DNA of 61,874 nt, counting the filler, from Sphacelaria rigidula (lineage: Eukaryota), in the NCBI GenBank assembly GCA_964200075.2. It is 10 parts of 10 records of this genome, joined end to end, with 100 filler letters (N's around TTAATTAATTAA, not from the genome) between each part and the next. Parts side by side here need not be neighbours in the genome. Positions count along the whole stretch, not along the records: positions 37,187 to 43,283 come from CAXNAA020022244.1; positions 43,384 to 49,480 come from CAXNAA020022245.1; positions 49,581 to 55,677 come from CAXNAA020022246.1; 7 more parts are not named here. One strand, written 5' to 3'. Of this stretch, positions 37,632 to 50,133 are shown one piece after another. The notes under the pieces were generated by a model that worked only from the letters and a program-made list of their open reading frames with translations, was not told the DNA's origin and ran no database searches. The translations under genes and the position numbers were made by a program. Every line of letters starts with the position of its first letter. Positions within the stretch are counted from its first letter, which is position 1.

Positions 37632-38798
37632 ATGGCCTTCTCTGCTCAAGGCTACGCCGCCAAGCATGCCGCGGTAACTGCATCCGTATTGCCTTTATCT
37701 TTTCAATCAAGCTTTCTCGCGCCGTCATGTATGATCAAAGTATCATCAGGGCACATTACGTGCAAAACCCAGCGCCACCGCATGCGTGTAACATCAACAT
37801 GTGTCATGGTCGGTGACAACGACACCAATCGACATGATGCTGCTACTGGTGTGCTTGCCGCTGCGAATGCCATCTCGGAAGGAGAAGAGACGGGAAGTTC
37901 TTCACCGACGACGTCTCGCAGTTCTGCAAATGGTCGGGGGGGTAGCCGCAGAAGCAAGATTCTAGACGACGCTCGCAAGCTCGTGAGGGAGAAGCGACAG
38001 AAAGCGAGGGAGAGACACGCCAAGGCTACCGCTGCCGCTGGTGCCTCGCCTACTGCGGCATCACCTGCTGTTGCAGCCTCGTCTGCTGCTACCGACGGCG
38101 GCGCTGCGCATGGTGCTGATGGAACAGCGGCATTGATCGCAAGGCAGGAGAGTGATAGCAGTGCGGTGGCGGCAGGCAAGGCTGCGTTGGAAGCGGGAGT
38201 TGACGTTGGCGTGCCTGCTTCAGAGCGGACGTCCGTTGGACATGACTCTGTTGCTCCAACCGCTCCTTCTCAATCGTCATCACCCACACCCACTGCCGGC
38301 GCCGTCGCCAGCGCCGAAAGGTCTCCGAGCAAGCCGCTGCAGAAACGTCTGCATAGTTTTGTCGGGCAGCGGAGCACCATGACACGACAGAAGCCGTTCG
38401 TCCGGCCGGAGCGCTCGGAAGGCGGCGGTGGCCGCGGCCGTGGTGGCAACCGGACACGACCCAGGAAACGAGCATTACCCGACTTCGTGACCGACGGTGT
38501 TGTTGTTCCCGACCTTGCTTCCCGACCAAGGTCCTCACCAGCGCCGGCGTCAAGCATTAGTGGCAGTAGCGATGATGCTATCGGCAGCGACGATGTCGAT
38601 AATGTTGCACTTGTTTCCGCGGTGAAGGCAGCTCTCGCGGACACTTTAGCGCAGCTGGACAAGCTCAACAGCAACCGAAGAGCAGAGGATGTTGTCGTTG
38701 AAGTGGGACAGCAGGGTACGGCCGCCGTCGCGGACTTGGAGGCGGGTATGAGAGCGAGTGCCGTCTTAGCTGGCCTGCCGGAGTACGATAAACCCCAG
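37632..38798 (+). CDS. PPR protein, exon 1 (presequence-like N-terminus, long low-complexity region)
   Basis: ATG after an in-frame upstream stop, 389 codons, CAG|gtt donor in phase 0. Confidence 0.75.
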
Positions 38799-39971
38799 GT
38801 TAAAGCAAACAGTTGGATATTAACTAGGTGTATCGTACTTATGGGTGTAGGTGGCGGGGACGGGGGTTTGTCGCTGTCAATTTTCACTTGCCCAGCCGCC
38901 CCGCCCCGACCGTAGCCGCGCCCTGATAGTCTAATGATGCAACTGGAATCGTTAGAAAGAAAGAAAGCGCATTCGATTCCTGGCATATACATTTGGTTTC
39001 TTTCTGAGAAGTGTCTAATTCCCGTCGTTGAAAACGCGAAATTGTGAAATTGTGAGTACGCGTAGCAAAATAAGCTCATTCGAGAGACTACGCGATGCGG
39101 CAATGTTGATCTAATCCGCGATACCGGTGTGTACCGGGGAAGAGATGCTTTAATTCCTCGACACCACTGATTCATCTCAAGGAAATGAGGCGGTGGAAGT
39201 GTAAATATATGTACTTCGAAGTATACAGAAGCCGGTTTTGGGCGGAAAGCTGACGGTACGAAACCCGAAACATCCGTTTTTTTGACAACCTGATTTATGT
39301 CGTTAAAATCGCCAGGACATGAGTAGCGAAGGAAAATTGACGAGAGTCGACGCAGTGCGGAAGTGCTGATCCAGTCTGCGATACCAAAATATCAGGCATA
39401 TGCTGTGGGAGAGATGGTTGATCCCTGGAGACTGCGGACCCATCCCGAGCGAGGGGAGGGGTTGAAATTATGTCGGAACAAATAACTTGTTGAGCCATTC
39501 CACGCCTCCTCAGGAGGATGGAGTGGGAAGAAGGGAGTGGAGGCGAGGTTATAGTTGGACAGCTGAGCCAATACCGAACAGCACCTGCAGGCGCGCCCAG
39601 TGGGCTTCGGGGGCGGTCCAGTGACTCTACCATGGAAGACCCCAAATCATATCGTACCATGAGGCTCGAGCTTTGCTTCACCGTCGATGAAAAATACACG
39701 ATCTCGAGCAAAAATCAAGCTCCAATATGGATGCAAATCAAGTCGTGCTCAAGTTGATTGACCGATCGATTCGATTGAGTCGGCCGGCTGTTCATCTCAC
39801 ATGAGCCGGTCCGTTATTATTATTGGGGGGCTGCAGAGCGATCACTGCTGACGCACAGTGATCTATTACCCAATAGTGGTGCCCCTCGCCGCGTCCTTTT
39901 CCTCACAATTAGCCATGCCGCCTTGCTATCCCGTCTCTGCCATACCCTGTCTTACACAACCTACACTAAAG

Positions 39972-40220
39972 GGCTGGCTGCGCGTCCTTGGCCTCATTCG
40001 AAGGGCATGCGGAGGAGAGGTAGCTGACAACCTCGGTATCGATGGAAGCAAACAAAACGATGACGCCGCTGCCGCGGCGGCGGCCCCGGCCCGCCCGCCG
40101 GAGATTGCGTTCAAGCTGGCGTTGCAGGTATGCGTCCTATGCGCCCGGCCGGACGCGGGACTGGAGGTGCTGCGGCTCATGCCATCGGCGGGACTCGAGC
40201 CGCCGCTAGATGCCTTCAAG
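39972..40220 (+). CDS. PPR protein, exon 2
   Basis: Acceptor ctaaag, donor AAG|gtt; IAFKLALQVCVLCARPDAGLEVLRLMPSAGLEPPLDAFK is PPR-like. Confidence 0.8.
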
Positions 40221-41449
40221 GTTCGTTGTTTCGATGGCGTATTCGAGACATGCGCTTATGTAGTATTACTGTGATTGTTCTGCGGTGGAATGGTGTGAAG
40301 GCTTGAGTTTATACTGCTGTAGTTTGTCCGGTACCGTCACGCAGGGGGGAAGGGAAGGATCGCCTACGACTGCGAAGAAATGTGTTTTTATGTTCAATTG
40401 GCTTCACTTCCCCTGTAGGGTGGGACTGGACCACACCACTTGACCGCTTCTTTTGGGACTTTTGATGCGAAGCCCCGAGATCTTCCTCAGTGTTCGTTTT
40501 CACACTCCAGCGCAAATGTAGACAAGGCAATTTTCATGATCTCTACTAAAAAAATCGCTTTCGTTCTCTCCACTTTCTTTCGCGCCCGCGTTTTTGTTCT
40601 CTTTTTTGTTCGGTGGGTGCCCGGTAATGTTGGGTCGGTGTCTTTTCTTATCCCAGAGTGTGCTGGACGGATACGGGGAAAGTGTCCAACGACGGCAAGG
40701 CCGAGCGCTCTACACGATACAGGTATGCTGATGTATTTCTCCCCTGGCAACCGCACAATTTTCACTGAATGCAAACAGCGTCTGGGTGCAATTAGAGGTT
40801 TTCTTCAGTGCACCCTTAAAGTGTTTCCCACCCAGGTTATCCCCGCTTTTTACGAGGTGCACTATTTGCGAAGATGGCTTGCCGAACGGTCGAACGAACT
40901 TGTGAAGTTCCTGAGCAACATTTTTGCGTCTATCAGGGTGGCATATGGGAACTTGTTGCCTGTGTTTTACGGCACTCCTCTCCTTCGCGGTTGTGCGTAG
41001 CACCGCTCGTCTCGAGAGGATACGCGGTGCTCCATCCCAAGGCGGTGGTCCCCGTTGCGACATTCGCGCGTTTGTTTCGCTGTCGGTCGTGCAGGTGTAT
41101 TTGGTGGCAGTTTTGGCGGCCAACCGATATTTACTGTTGGAAACTGGCGCGCACCCGCGAAGCGCGGTGTCGTAAGTCTGTCAGCAAGTACTTCCGTAAA
41201 GGACATTACGAAATTGTGCACATGCGAGTCAGGTATAATGGTGATAGTATCGCCTTGTCATCCTGCTTTGTTTTTCCAGTTGCATACTGCGTTATTTTCC
41301 ACGCCCACTGTATCCGCTTCACGGCCGCGTTGCGATTTTCCCACGGTTCCCCCCTGCGTGTAGCGCTCTGTTGCTTTGCGCCGATGCTACCGTGCTTTTT
41401 TCGACGTCCCGTGCATCGCCATCTTGACCAACCTGCCGCTATTCATTAG

Positions 41450-41611
41450 ATGATGACCGCCGTTAAGGAAGCAAGCCTTCTGCCGGATCTAGATATGCTC
41501 TCGGCCGCAGTGGAGGCGTGCTCGAAGGCGGGCGACGTGGACGGAGCGATGCATTTTTACGAACAAGCTGTTGGACTTGGATTCACGCCAGACGAACGCA
41601 TGTATGAGGAG
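41450..41611 (+). CDS. PPR protein, exon 3
   Basis: Acceptor cattag, donor GAG|gtg; MLSAAVEACSKAGDVDGAMHFYEQAVGLGFTPDERMYEE is a PPR motif. Confidence 0.85.
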
Positions 41612-41614
41612 GTG

Positions 41615-41670
<56 letters not shown>

Positions 41671-41671
41671 G
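41615..41671. repeat. (AAC)n microsatellite abutting the exon 3 donor
   Basis: Direct reading. Confidence 0.95.
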
Positions 41672-42219
41672 TTGTGAACTTGTGAAATTGTGAACTTGTG
41701 AACCGAGGCGGCGGCTGAGAGGGGACGGGGTGGAAGGGAGGGCGCGTGGTAAAACTCACGGGATTTTTTTGGTGATGTGGGCAGAGATTTGTGCAAAGCT
41801 TCCGACGATCGGTTGAAACGACATGCCTGGAAGCCCAAAGGATGCGAAACGCCTGTGTGCAAGCCTCTCTCTTCCGGTATCTGTCTGTCGCTCCTTTTGC
41901 CTCAGTGTTTTTTTCGCGTATTTATCTCTTTCTCGTTCAAATGTGTTGCGTAGGTTTCGCGAATCCGAGCGCCGTACAAAAACGCCAAGACTACTCAATA
42001 CTCATGCTGGCGTAGGATATGATGCTGACCCTTTGTGTTGTTCGTCGTTGTTGCCATAAATCTTGAAGCATACCCGTCAAGATTCTGCTGCGATATAGCC
42101 GCTCTGTCGCCGCGTGGGCATCACCTGTTGCGCCCTCTAACAATATGCCGAATTGATATCGATTTCCCATTAATCACCGGCTACTCTTTCTATCTTTCCC
42201 TCTCCGTCCCTGTCTGCAG

Positions 42220-42796
42220 GGCATCTTAGCGTACAGCCGGTCGGGGAAGTGGATGGAGGCTCGCGATCTGGCGCTGCAATGGCGCGAGCGCGCATCATCC
42301 CCAAATCCTCTCCATCCTCTCCATCCTCAGCCGAGGTCGTCTCAAGGTCCTCCTACATCTTCGTGGCGATACATCTCCGCCGACAGTTCCAGTTTCGGTA
42401 ACGATAACGACAAACGCAACGACTTGCTGTCACCGTCGCGCTACGTTTTCCTTCCACCACCTGCGGCGTGCAACACGGCCCTGATCAAGGCCATGGGTAA
42501 GGCGGGGAAGACAGATGAAATTCTCGCGTGGCTTAGAGATACGACCAAATCTGCTGCTGCCGCTGCTACTGCCGCCGAGGCGCGGGGTTCACAAACAACC
42601 GCTTCGGGAACAGCGGTTTCAGATAATACAATCGTTTCTCCAAAGTCAGAGCCACCCTTGGACTACTCTTCCTTTTTGGCGGCCCTATCTGCTTGCTCTC
42701 GGGTGGGAAAGTGGGAGTCGGCCTTGGAAGTGTTGCGGAAGATGGATGTTGCTGGGATCAGGGCAGAGACTAGCGCGTATAACACGGCGCTGGCTG
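42220..42796 (+). CDS. PPR protein, exon 4 (gene continues past the contig end)
   Basis: Pyrimidine tract plus ctgcag, donor G|gtgcg; ACNTALIKAMGKAGK, FLAALSACSRVGKWESALEVLRKMDVAGIRAETSAYNTALA. Confidence 0.87.
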
Positions 42797-45084
42797 GTGC
42801 GTGCAATGGTTTGTGTCATGATTTGCGGTTCTTTGCGTTTGGTTACTTTTTCTTCCTTGTGTTGGTGCGCTTCAGATCGGTACCCCAGGAGTGATTGGGG
42901 TACAGCTCGCGGATGAGAGTTCATGTCCAATTAGTGTGGTTCCCTGATATCTGAAAGTTGCCTTTTTTTTGCTTCCCGTCTGGATTAGTTCCGTTTCGTT
43001 TGATGTTGTACGGCCTCCTCACCTGAAAACGATGTGGCAGGGCCGGCCGTTTTTTTTCGTCTATTTGCTTTTTTTCAACAAAACGATACCTGTCAAGACC
43101 GGGACTAGATACCCCCCCCCTCCTTTTCTTGGCTTTCCTCTCTTCTCTCTCTCTCTTTGTTTTACTCGTTTTTACTCTGTTCGTTGTTTTTCAGTTCTCT
43201 CTGTTCTCTATCTACCACCACACCCCCACCCCCACCCACTCCCCTCTCTCTCCTTCTCCTTGTTTCTGACATTCATTATTAAGNNNNNNNNNNNNNNNNN
43301 NNNNNNNNNNNNNNNNNNNNNNNNNNNTTAATTAATTAANNNNNNNNNNNNNNNNNNNNNNNNNNNNNNNNNNNNNNNNNNNNGCTTGAGCCTCATCTCG
43401 AAGTTAAACCTCAATTCTCACAATTTGTTGTTAGATGCCTTGCCAGTCCCGATAAAGGAGATATCCGAGAAAACAATGTCGATAACAATGGGCCTAAATA
43501 GGCCATGAAATGGCGCAGCTGAGAAAGGTGGCATGTGAGGACATGGCTGTTTTCGTCTAATACCTCAACCTCACGAGTTTTTGGCCGCCCGGGACGACCG
43601 TCGAGATGCTTCAACAGTGGAACGCGCAGTCCTAGCACCCAACCTGGCGCCCTCGAGGTTAACGGTATCTCGAGCAATGGGCAAACACCAGAAAGATATG
43701 TGAAATTCCATAACCTGTCCAATCTGGGGACGCACTATATTGCCCCTGAGCCAAGGAGAAATCGACACACACATCGTAGCATATTTCGGTTTGATTCGTT
43801 TCAGGGTAAGTTCGCAAAGGTCTATTTTTCGTGAAAGCAAATGATGCCCATCGACCTTGACAATCGGCGTGATATTTTTATTTTGCTTTCGACTCTTCGT
43901 TTTATAGGAGTACTTCTACGGCGAGTTGATCCCTCCGTACATCGATAAGCTTGGTCGGGGTGCTCTGCTGCGCGCTACGGATTCCGACAATACGCTGTAT
44001 CAGTCCGACGCTAAGTGCTACTATAACCAACAGGCACTCGGCAGCAAGGTACGATAGACCAAAGGGCACTTGACAGCGAGGGGAGCTGGCTTTTCTACAC
44101 AAATTGATATATCTCACTCATGCGACCCTCGCAGGAGTTTGGTGAGACTCCCCTTCCATGAGCCTTTCATATGTGATTGCTGTTATTGTTTCTTCTTGCT
44201 GTTGTTGATTGTTATTGTTAATGATGGTGGTGTTTTTGTTGATATCGCTGCTCCTTCTTCTTTCCTTTCTGAGGCCGTTGCTTCTGTCTTTTTCTGTTCC
44301 TTTTGTTTTTTTTCTATTTCTTTTTTGCTGCTCCTGACCACGGGCTGGATTGTTCCAATCAGCTAATGTGAGATAACCAATCGATCAATCAACCAATTAA
44401 TCAATCAGTTAATCGATTAATGTGAGATGTGTGCAACATTGCTCAAGCGACTTGCGGAGGCAAGTCTGAAAACATTGGTACTACGGCTGCCAGTCGGGTG
44501 TACTCCAAAGAAACGCCCGATGACAAGGAAATCTACTCGTATGCTAGTACGTTCGCACCCACGCACGCTCATCTACGCCCATTCAGACTACCGCCACTGG
44601 AGACTATGAGCCATGCATGTGCCAAATGAGACAAGTTTCGTGCATGGCGGTGCCGCATATATTGAGGATGTAACGGCCCGTCCCGGAATTCGAACTGGTG
44701 ACACCAACAGCCCGCTTAAACGGACTTGGTGGATCTGAAGTTTGACACTGTTTTGTCTCGGATACGTGAATCATGTGACCTCGTCTAGATCCCTGAGGGA
44801 ACAATATGAGTGTGACAACCAAGAAATCAAAACCAATCAACCAATATGACATCTCAATGGTCCTTCCAGAAAGACTGTATATTCCGTCGTTGGAGGCGTG
44901 ACGACGAGAGCGGTAAACACAAATCCTGACGGGCAACACTTGCAGGTTACCTGGCAATTCTCTTCCTGCAGTTCCAGACGGTAACCGAGCGCTATTTTCA
45001 GAGAAAAAATCACAAATTTGGGGAAGATGCAGGGTTTCGGGAGTGATGGTTCAATCCTCGAGATTTCATCATGAGACATGCACT

Positions 45085-45177
45085 GGGGAGGAGGGCGGGA
45101 GGGGTACTCATGATCTTCAGTGCCGTAGCCAAAAGACGATTGACCTCTCATCCCTACGAAGCCGCGACGGAGCACGC
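45085..45177 (-). repeat. LINE 3'-region module B ending in a C-tract
   Basis: Reverse complement matches 1-90. Confidence 0.75.
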
Positions 45178-45659
45178 TGAGTTTTCGAGGAATTGGCTCG
45201 CAATCACCAGGTGCCAAGCGCTGTGATGTGTTCGGCGAGTCGCATGAGCGGTGATCTTGATCCTGCCTGCGCAAGGATGGCAGCCTCGAATGTGAATGTT
45301 GTGTGTGTTGTCATCCCATCTATTCTGGACGCCAGTTTAGATCTTTTGGTACGTGTGGGCGCATCAGCCGGGGTCACACAGGCGGAAGGCCAACGCAGGA
45401 TGTTTTTTACTTTCTATTCTGTTTTAGTGCTCCACTCTCTTTCTGCGGCTCTTGCCTTATTTTCGAATCGTCGGAGGGGTTCAGCGGTCCCTGTCCCTCG
45501 TCGACCGTGAAGTCGAGTTTTTGTACCCACGACATGATCGCTCACCACTGTTGGGCAAGGTGTGAGGAAAAACCTATATCGCGTGACTTTACCGAGATTT
45601 GAATCCAAAACCCAACCGTCAGAAGGTTTCGAGGATATCAACTCAGTTACCGGGGCGAC

Positions 45660-48600
45660 CGGCTGAGTTGCTTTATTTTCTGGTATCGCCGATTCCAGAG
45701 ATCACGGGTTGCGCTGCCTCATGGGTGTCTCACCATCAAAACACTGTGTAGGGCGACCATCCCCTTTGCGCGGAGTTTAGGTTGTCCACCTCGCACAATA
45801 TAGTCTGACTCGACCACCATGATGGTTACCACGGGGAAAATGCAAGCGAAAAAGCACGGCAAGCTGATTGCCCAACTTACGCAGTGAGTGACGTTGTTGT
45901 TGCGTCGTCGCCAACCGACGCCAACCCTTATGACGGGAGTTTGCGACGGGGGGAGGGGGGGTGTACTCATGATCATGCGGGGAGGGCGTGGCTCATTCGT
46001 TGCTTGCCTGAGTCGTCTGACCATCGGTCAGGTATCCCTTTCGAGACGAACCACCTGTCCTGCCCCTAATAGAGACACCTCCAACATTTGGGTATATATG
46101 AATTTTTGCGTACGTTACGCAAAACACCTGTGCATGTCTTATCCCCGTCCTGTTCTGCCGTCGGTCGCCACCATCTATCTCCTAGTACAGCCATCCTTGT
46201 CTCGTTGCTGTCTAATGCATGAAACGATTTCACGCCACCTTCGTCCACATCCCGCATTTCCCCCTCTAGCACGTCTCGTTCCTCCCTGCATAGTTCACAT
46301 TCTGCCATCTCATTAGTTCCGCTTTCTATTGCTTTGCCGCGGGAGCAAATCTGTGCATCTACTTTATCCTCCTCTCGACTGCTAGTATATCGCTTTCTTC
46401 TTTCTGGCAGGTCCAGGTCCCCCACCCGAAATCACAGTTTTATTTTTTTTGCCGCGTCCAATGGTCCATGCAGATATGTTTTCATCCGTATCTTCTCTCT
46501 CAACCCCCTGAAGAATCTTCATGTGTTATTCCTCGTCTACTTTGCGTCTGGGGGTTTTCTCCCTCCTTATTTCTATCATGTCTCTTACTTTGTTTTGTAC
46601 CCCACACCTTCACCTATGGACAATATTTCGTCTTGGTTTCCTCCTATCTCCTTCCATACTTTCTCGACTTCTCTATCCCACCTTATTCCAGCCTGCCATT
46701 TCGTCAATTTCCTCCATACAGCCCTATCAACTATGGTCAGCAATCTCAATTTTCTCATGTATATGTTTGTTTCAAGTGGGTACATTCCCAGCTCTGTTTT
46801 CAATGCTGTATTACTCGTCGTTTTCGAGCATCCAAGTATTTTTTTAGCCGCTGCCATCTGTGCTGTTTCCAACTTCTTCACCAACGTCACGTTTCCCTCT
46901 TATACGTATCTTGCATATTCCAGCTTTGGTACAATCACATCAATCAAGATACGTCTCTTGATCGTAGCTAGCATCTATGTGCGAGTCTCTGAGGATCACG
47001 TCCATTCTACCTATCTGTGCCTTACCCTTTTTCCATTACTTTGTTTATGTGTCCATCCCAAGAACTGTTTTTGAGATCTCTACGCCAAGGTATGTATACT
47101 GGTCTACGATCGGCAGCTCCTCTCCTCCCCACTTCCATTCGAAGTCTACCGGATTTTCCCTATCTTCGATACATACAAGTGCTGTACCACACATTTGTTA
47201 ACGTTCGCTGTCACTCTCCACAATTCCTAGTGTATCCTAGCGCCTACTCTATTTGCTTCTGTAATCCTTCTGGTGTTTCTGATATCGCCACGAAAATATC
47301 CGCGAACATCAATCCTGGTACCATATTTCTCCCCACCATGACTCCGTGTAATATATCAAAATCTTTCGGCATTTCACCGTCTAGCATCACGCACTTTCGG
47401 CACTTTCTGTCATCTTCTTAATCATTCTCCAGATCCTTCCTCTGATCCCAGTTCCCCACAAATGTTTTCACAACCCATTTCTCCATACTGTGTCATAAGT
47501 CTTTTGCGCGTTTAGAAAGAAACAGTACGTTGTCCGCCCGGTGTCTTTCCTGCCTTGAATAATCTTACCTAATGTGTACACATGGTCCACGCAACTACGG
47601 TTTGGTCTAAACCCTGCTTGCCCCTCTCTGATGTTCTCTTCCTTTTCTAGCATCGGTCCTACTCTATCGTTCAGTATCTTACAGAGTGTTTCCCCTACCG
47701 TGCGCAGGAGCGTTATCCCTCTGTAAGTTTCTAGGCCAGCCGTGTCTCCTTTTTTCAAGAGGTTGACTACTACTCCTTCTCCCCACGTCTTGCGTGTTTA
47801 CTCGTTTTCCTACATCCAGTTATACAGCATAACCGTCATGGCAATCACTCCCTGCCCCCCGTACTTGAGAAATTCATTCATTATTTCGCCTGCCCCTGCA
47901 GCCTTTCTGTTCTTGAGCTTAGCTACACACTTCTTTACTTCATTTCTAGTAAACGTTATCTGCAATTCCTTCGAGCCACTATCCTCTCGTTTTCACGCCT
48001 CTTCATTTGCCTCTGCCCACGCGTTGATTTCTTTTTCGAATTCCATGTCGAACGCTGTGTTAGTTTTCGGCATTCCTAGTTCACGGTAGTGCTCTACTAG
48101 AACTTCTCTCTTCACCTTCGAACAACTGATCACTTTATCGTTCTGTACCCGTATCGTGGCTATCCCCTTGTCTCCATTGCCAGCCTGGTTTCCCATGATC
48201 CTTTTGATGCCTCCCCACATTGTTTTCTTCCCGCCATCGAAATCTCCATTTGTTTTATTCACCACACGTTCCCATACTCCTTTCGTTTTCTTCTCTACCA
48301 TCTATTTTACTTCCTTCCGAGCTCCAGTATACTCCTCCAATCCTACCGTAGTTTTACTCGATATGTACCTTGCGTGAGCCTCTCTCCTTACTCTTGTAGT
48401 CTCTATTACTTCCTCATCCCACAATTTTACTGGTATGTTGTATACAATCAGTTTCTTTCCGATGACTTTACTCGCTGTGTTCTTGATCAACTGCTCCCAT
48501 TCTTCTATATTCTTCGCTCCTGCCCGATCCCTTTCCATTTCGGTATCAACTGTACCTACGCTTTCCAGTAGCTCGGGATATTTCACTGCATTTTCGGTAA

Positions 48601-49320
48601 TCTCTTCTTGGAACTCTTGCTATTTCTTCTTCCGTTTCTAGTGTATCGATTCTCCAGTTGTACATCTTCCTATCCCGGCTATTCATTTCAGCTCTCGTCT
48701 GTTGGCTTTCTGTCTATACTAGGCAATGATCTGTAGTCCCCACGTCCTCAGCGCATACATGTACGTCCATTTCCTTCCTATTCCAATGCTCTACCACTAT
48801 ATGGTCCAGAACAGAGCGATCTCTCTCGTTTTTGAATTTTCCAGTTCATGTCCATTGCGCGTCTGGCTTTTGTACTCTATCGTTCAGTCTCCATCTCGTT
48901 ATTCTCAAGGAACTTCAATATTTTACCCCATTCGTGTTCTTCCTATTTTCCCCGTATTGACGAATGATATCATCCGGTTGACCTAATTTTCCAACCCTTG
49001 CATTATAATCCCCCTCGAACACTACTTCTCCTTGCCTTTAATACGCATGTATATCTGCTGTAAATCCCTCCAAACCTCCGCTGCATGTCGCTTACTTTAC
49101 TCTTCGATTCTGGGGGCATGTAGATGTTGCCTACGAAGAATTCCTTCGTTCCCCGCTCTCCTGGCATCCGTATCCATATGCTGCCATCGAATTTCATGTC
49201 TTTGATCACTTCAATGATGTCACACAGGTATTCCTTGACTAAGAAATTATTCCCCCCGCTCCCCTACTCTTGGGTTCTGTCCCTTCCGCTCACTTCCTTG
49301 CGCAATCCTCAACTTTGCAT
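45660..49320 (-). mobile_element. Degenerate non-LTR retrotransposon (APE endonuclease, RT, C-terminal zinc-knuckle remnant, 3' UTR), 5'-truncated
   Basis: GNIYMPPES (APE); YRGITLL..QAGFRPNRSCVDHVY..YDTVWRNGL; GLMFAD(I) near 47300; KKILGCSKTTSNTALKTELG; C-terminus ending at a stop near 45993. Confidence 0.93.
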
Positions 49321-49339
49321 CCTATTTCCGCCCCCTCTT

Positions 49340-49480
49340 TCCCCCCCCCCCTTCTTTATCCTGGTTAGACACCGATGAGGCAGTGGAAATGCCGTGGCTG
49401 CCTCTGTAAGTGGCGATACCACAGAATAAAGTAACTCATTGTTGGCCGTCATCCAAATGCAAGATAATCAGTAGGCTTCG
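49340..49480 (+). repeat. LINE 3'-UTR module C, inverted relative to the adjacent LINE
   Basis: Reverse complement of 12435-12545. Confidence 0.8.
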
Positions 49481-49680
49481 NNNNNNNNNNNNNNNNNNNN
49501 NNNNNNNNNNNNNNNNNNNNNNNNTTAATTAATTAANNNNNNNNNNNNNNNNNNNNNNNNNNNNNNNNNNNNNNNNNNNNGTGAAAATGGCGTGTTTGGC
49601 TGTTTTCGCGTTTCTGGTCATTTTTCGTACCTTTCTTATACAAAAAACGGAAAGGTATACCTTTTCAAGGCCATTGCCCA

Positions 49681-49760
49681 TTTTCTGGTATCGCCACCTC
49701 CAGAGACAGCCATGGCTTATGCACTACCTCATGAGTGTCTCACCATGGGGACAGGGAGGG
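49681..49760 (-). repeat. LINE 3'-UTR module C fragment, inverted relative to the adjacent LINE
   Basis: tctggtatcgcc..ccagagacagcc..catgagtgtctcacca matches 45678-45736. Confidence 0.75.
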
Positions 49761-50133
49761 GTTCAAAGTGCGACAAATGAAAAAAATAGAAGATAAAGAG
49801 GATCTTTGGAGAGGTGGCAGTAGATATGCGTAAATATAAAATGTAAGGAGAAGTAATGTTAGTGGGAGACTTCAATGCAAGGGGGGAAAAGAAGGTCAAC
49901 CGGATGATATCATTGGGCAATACGGGGAAGAGAAGGAAAAGAGAATGGGGTAAAAATGCTGAAGTTCCTTGAGAATAACGATATGAAGACGCTGATTGAT
50001 GGAGCACAAAAACACGAGGCGCAATGGACGTGGACTAGAATATGCAAAGACGAGAGAGAACGCTACGTTCTTGGCTATATAATGGTATCGCTTGGGAATA
50101 CTAAGGGAAGAGAAGTACACGTATGCGCAAAGG

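Noticed and set aside
38270..39175. 301-aa minus-strand ORF
   Set aside because: Antisense shadow of PPR exon 1 with no recognisable motifs.
46334..47421. Hydrophobic plus-strand ORFs resembling membrane proteins
   Set aside because: Antisense of the purine-rich LINE coding strand.
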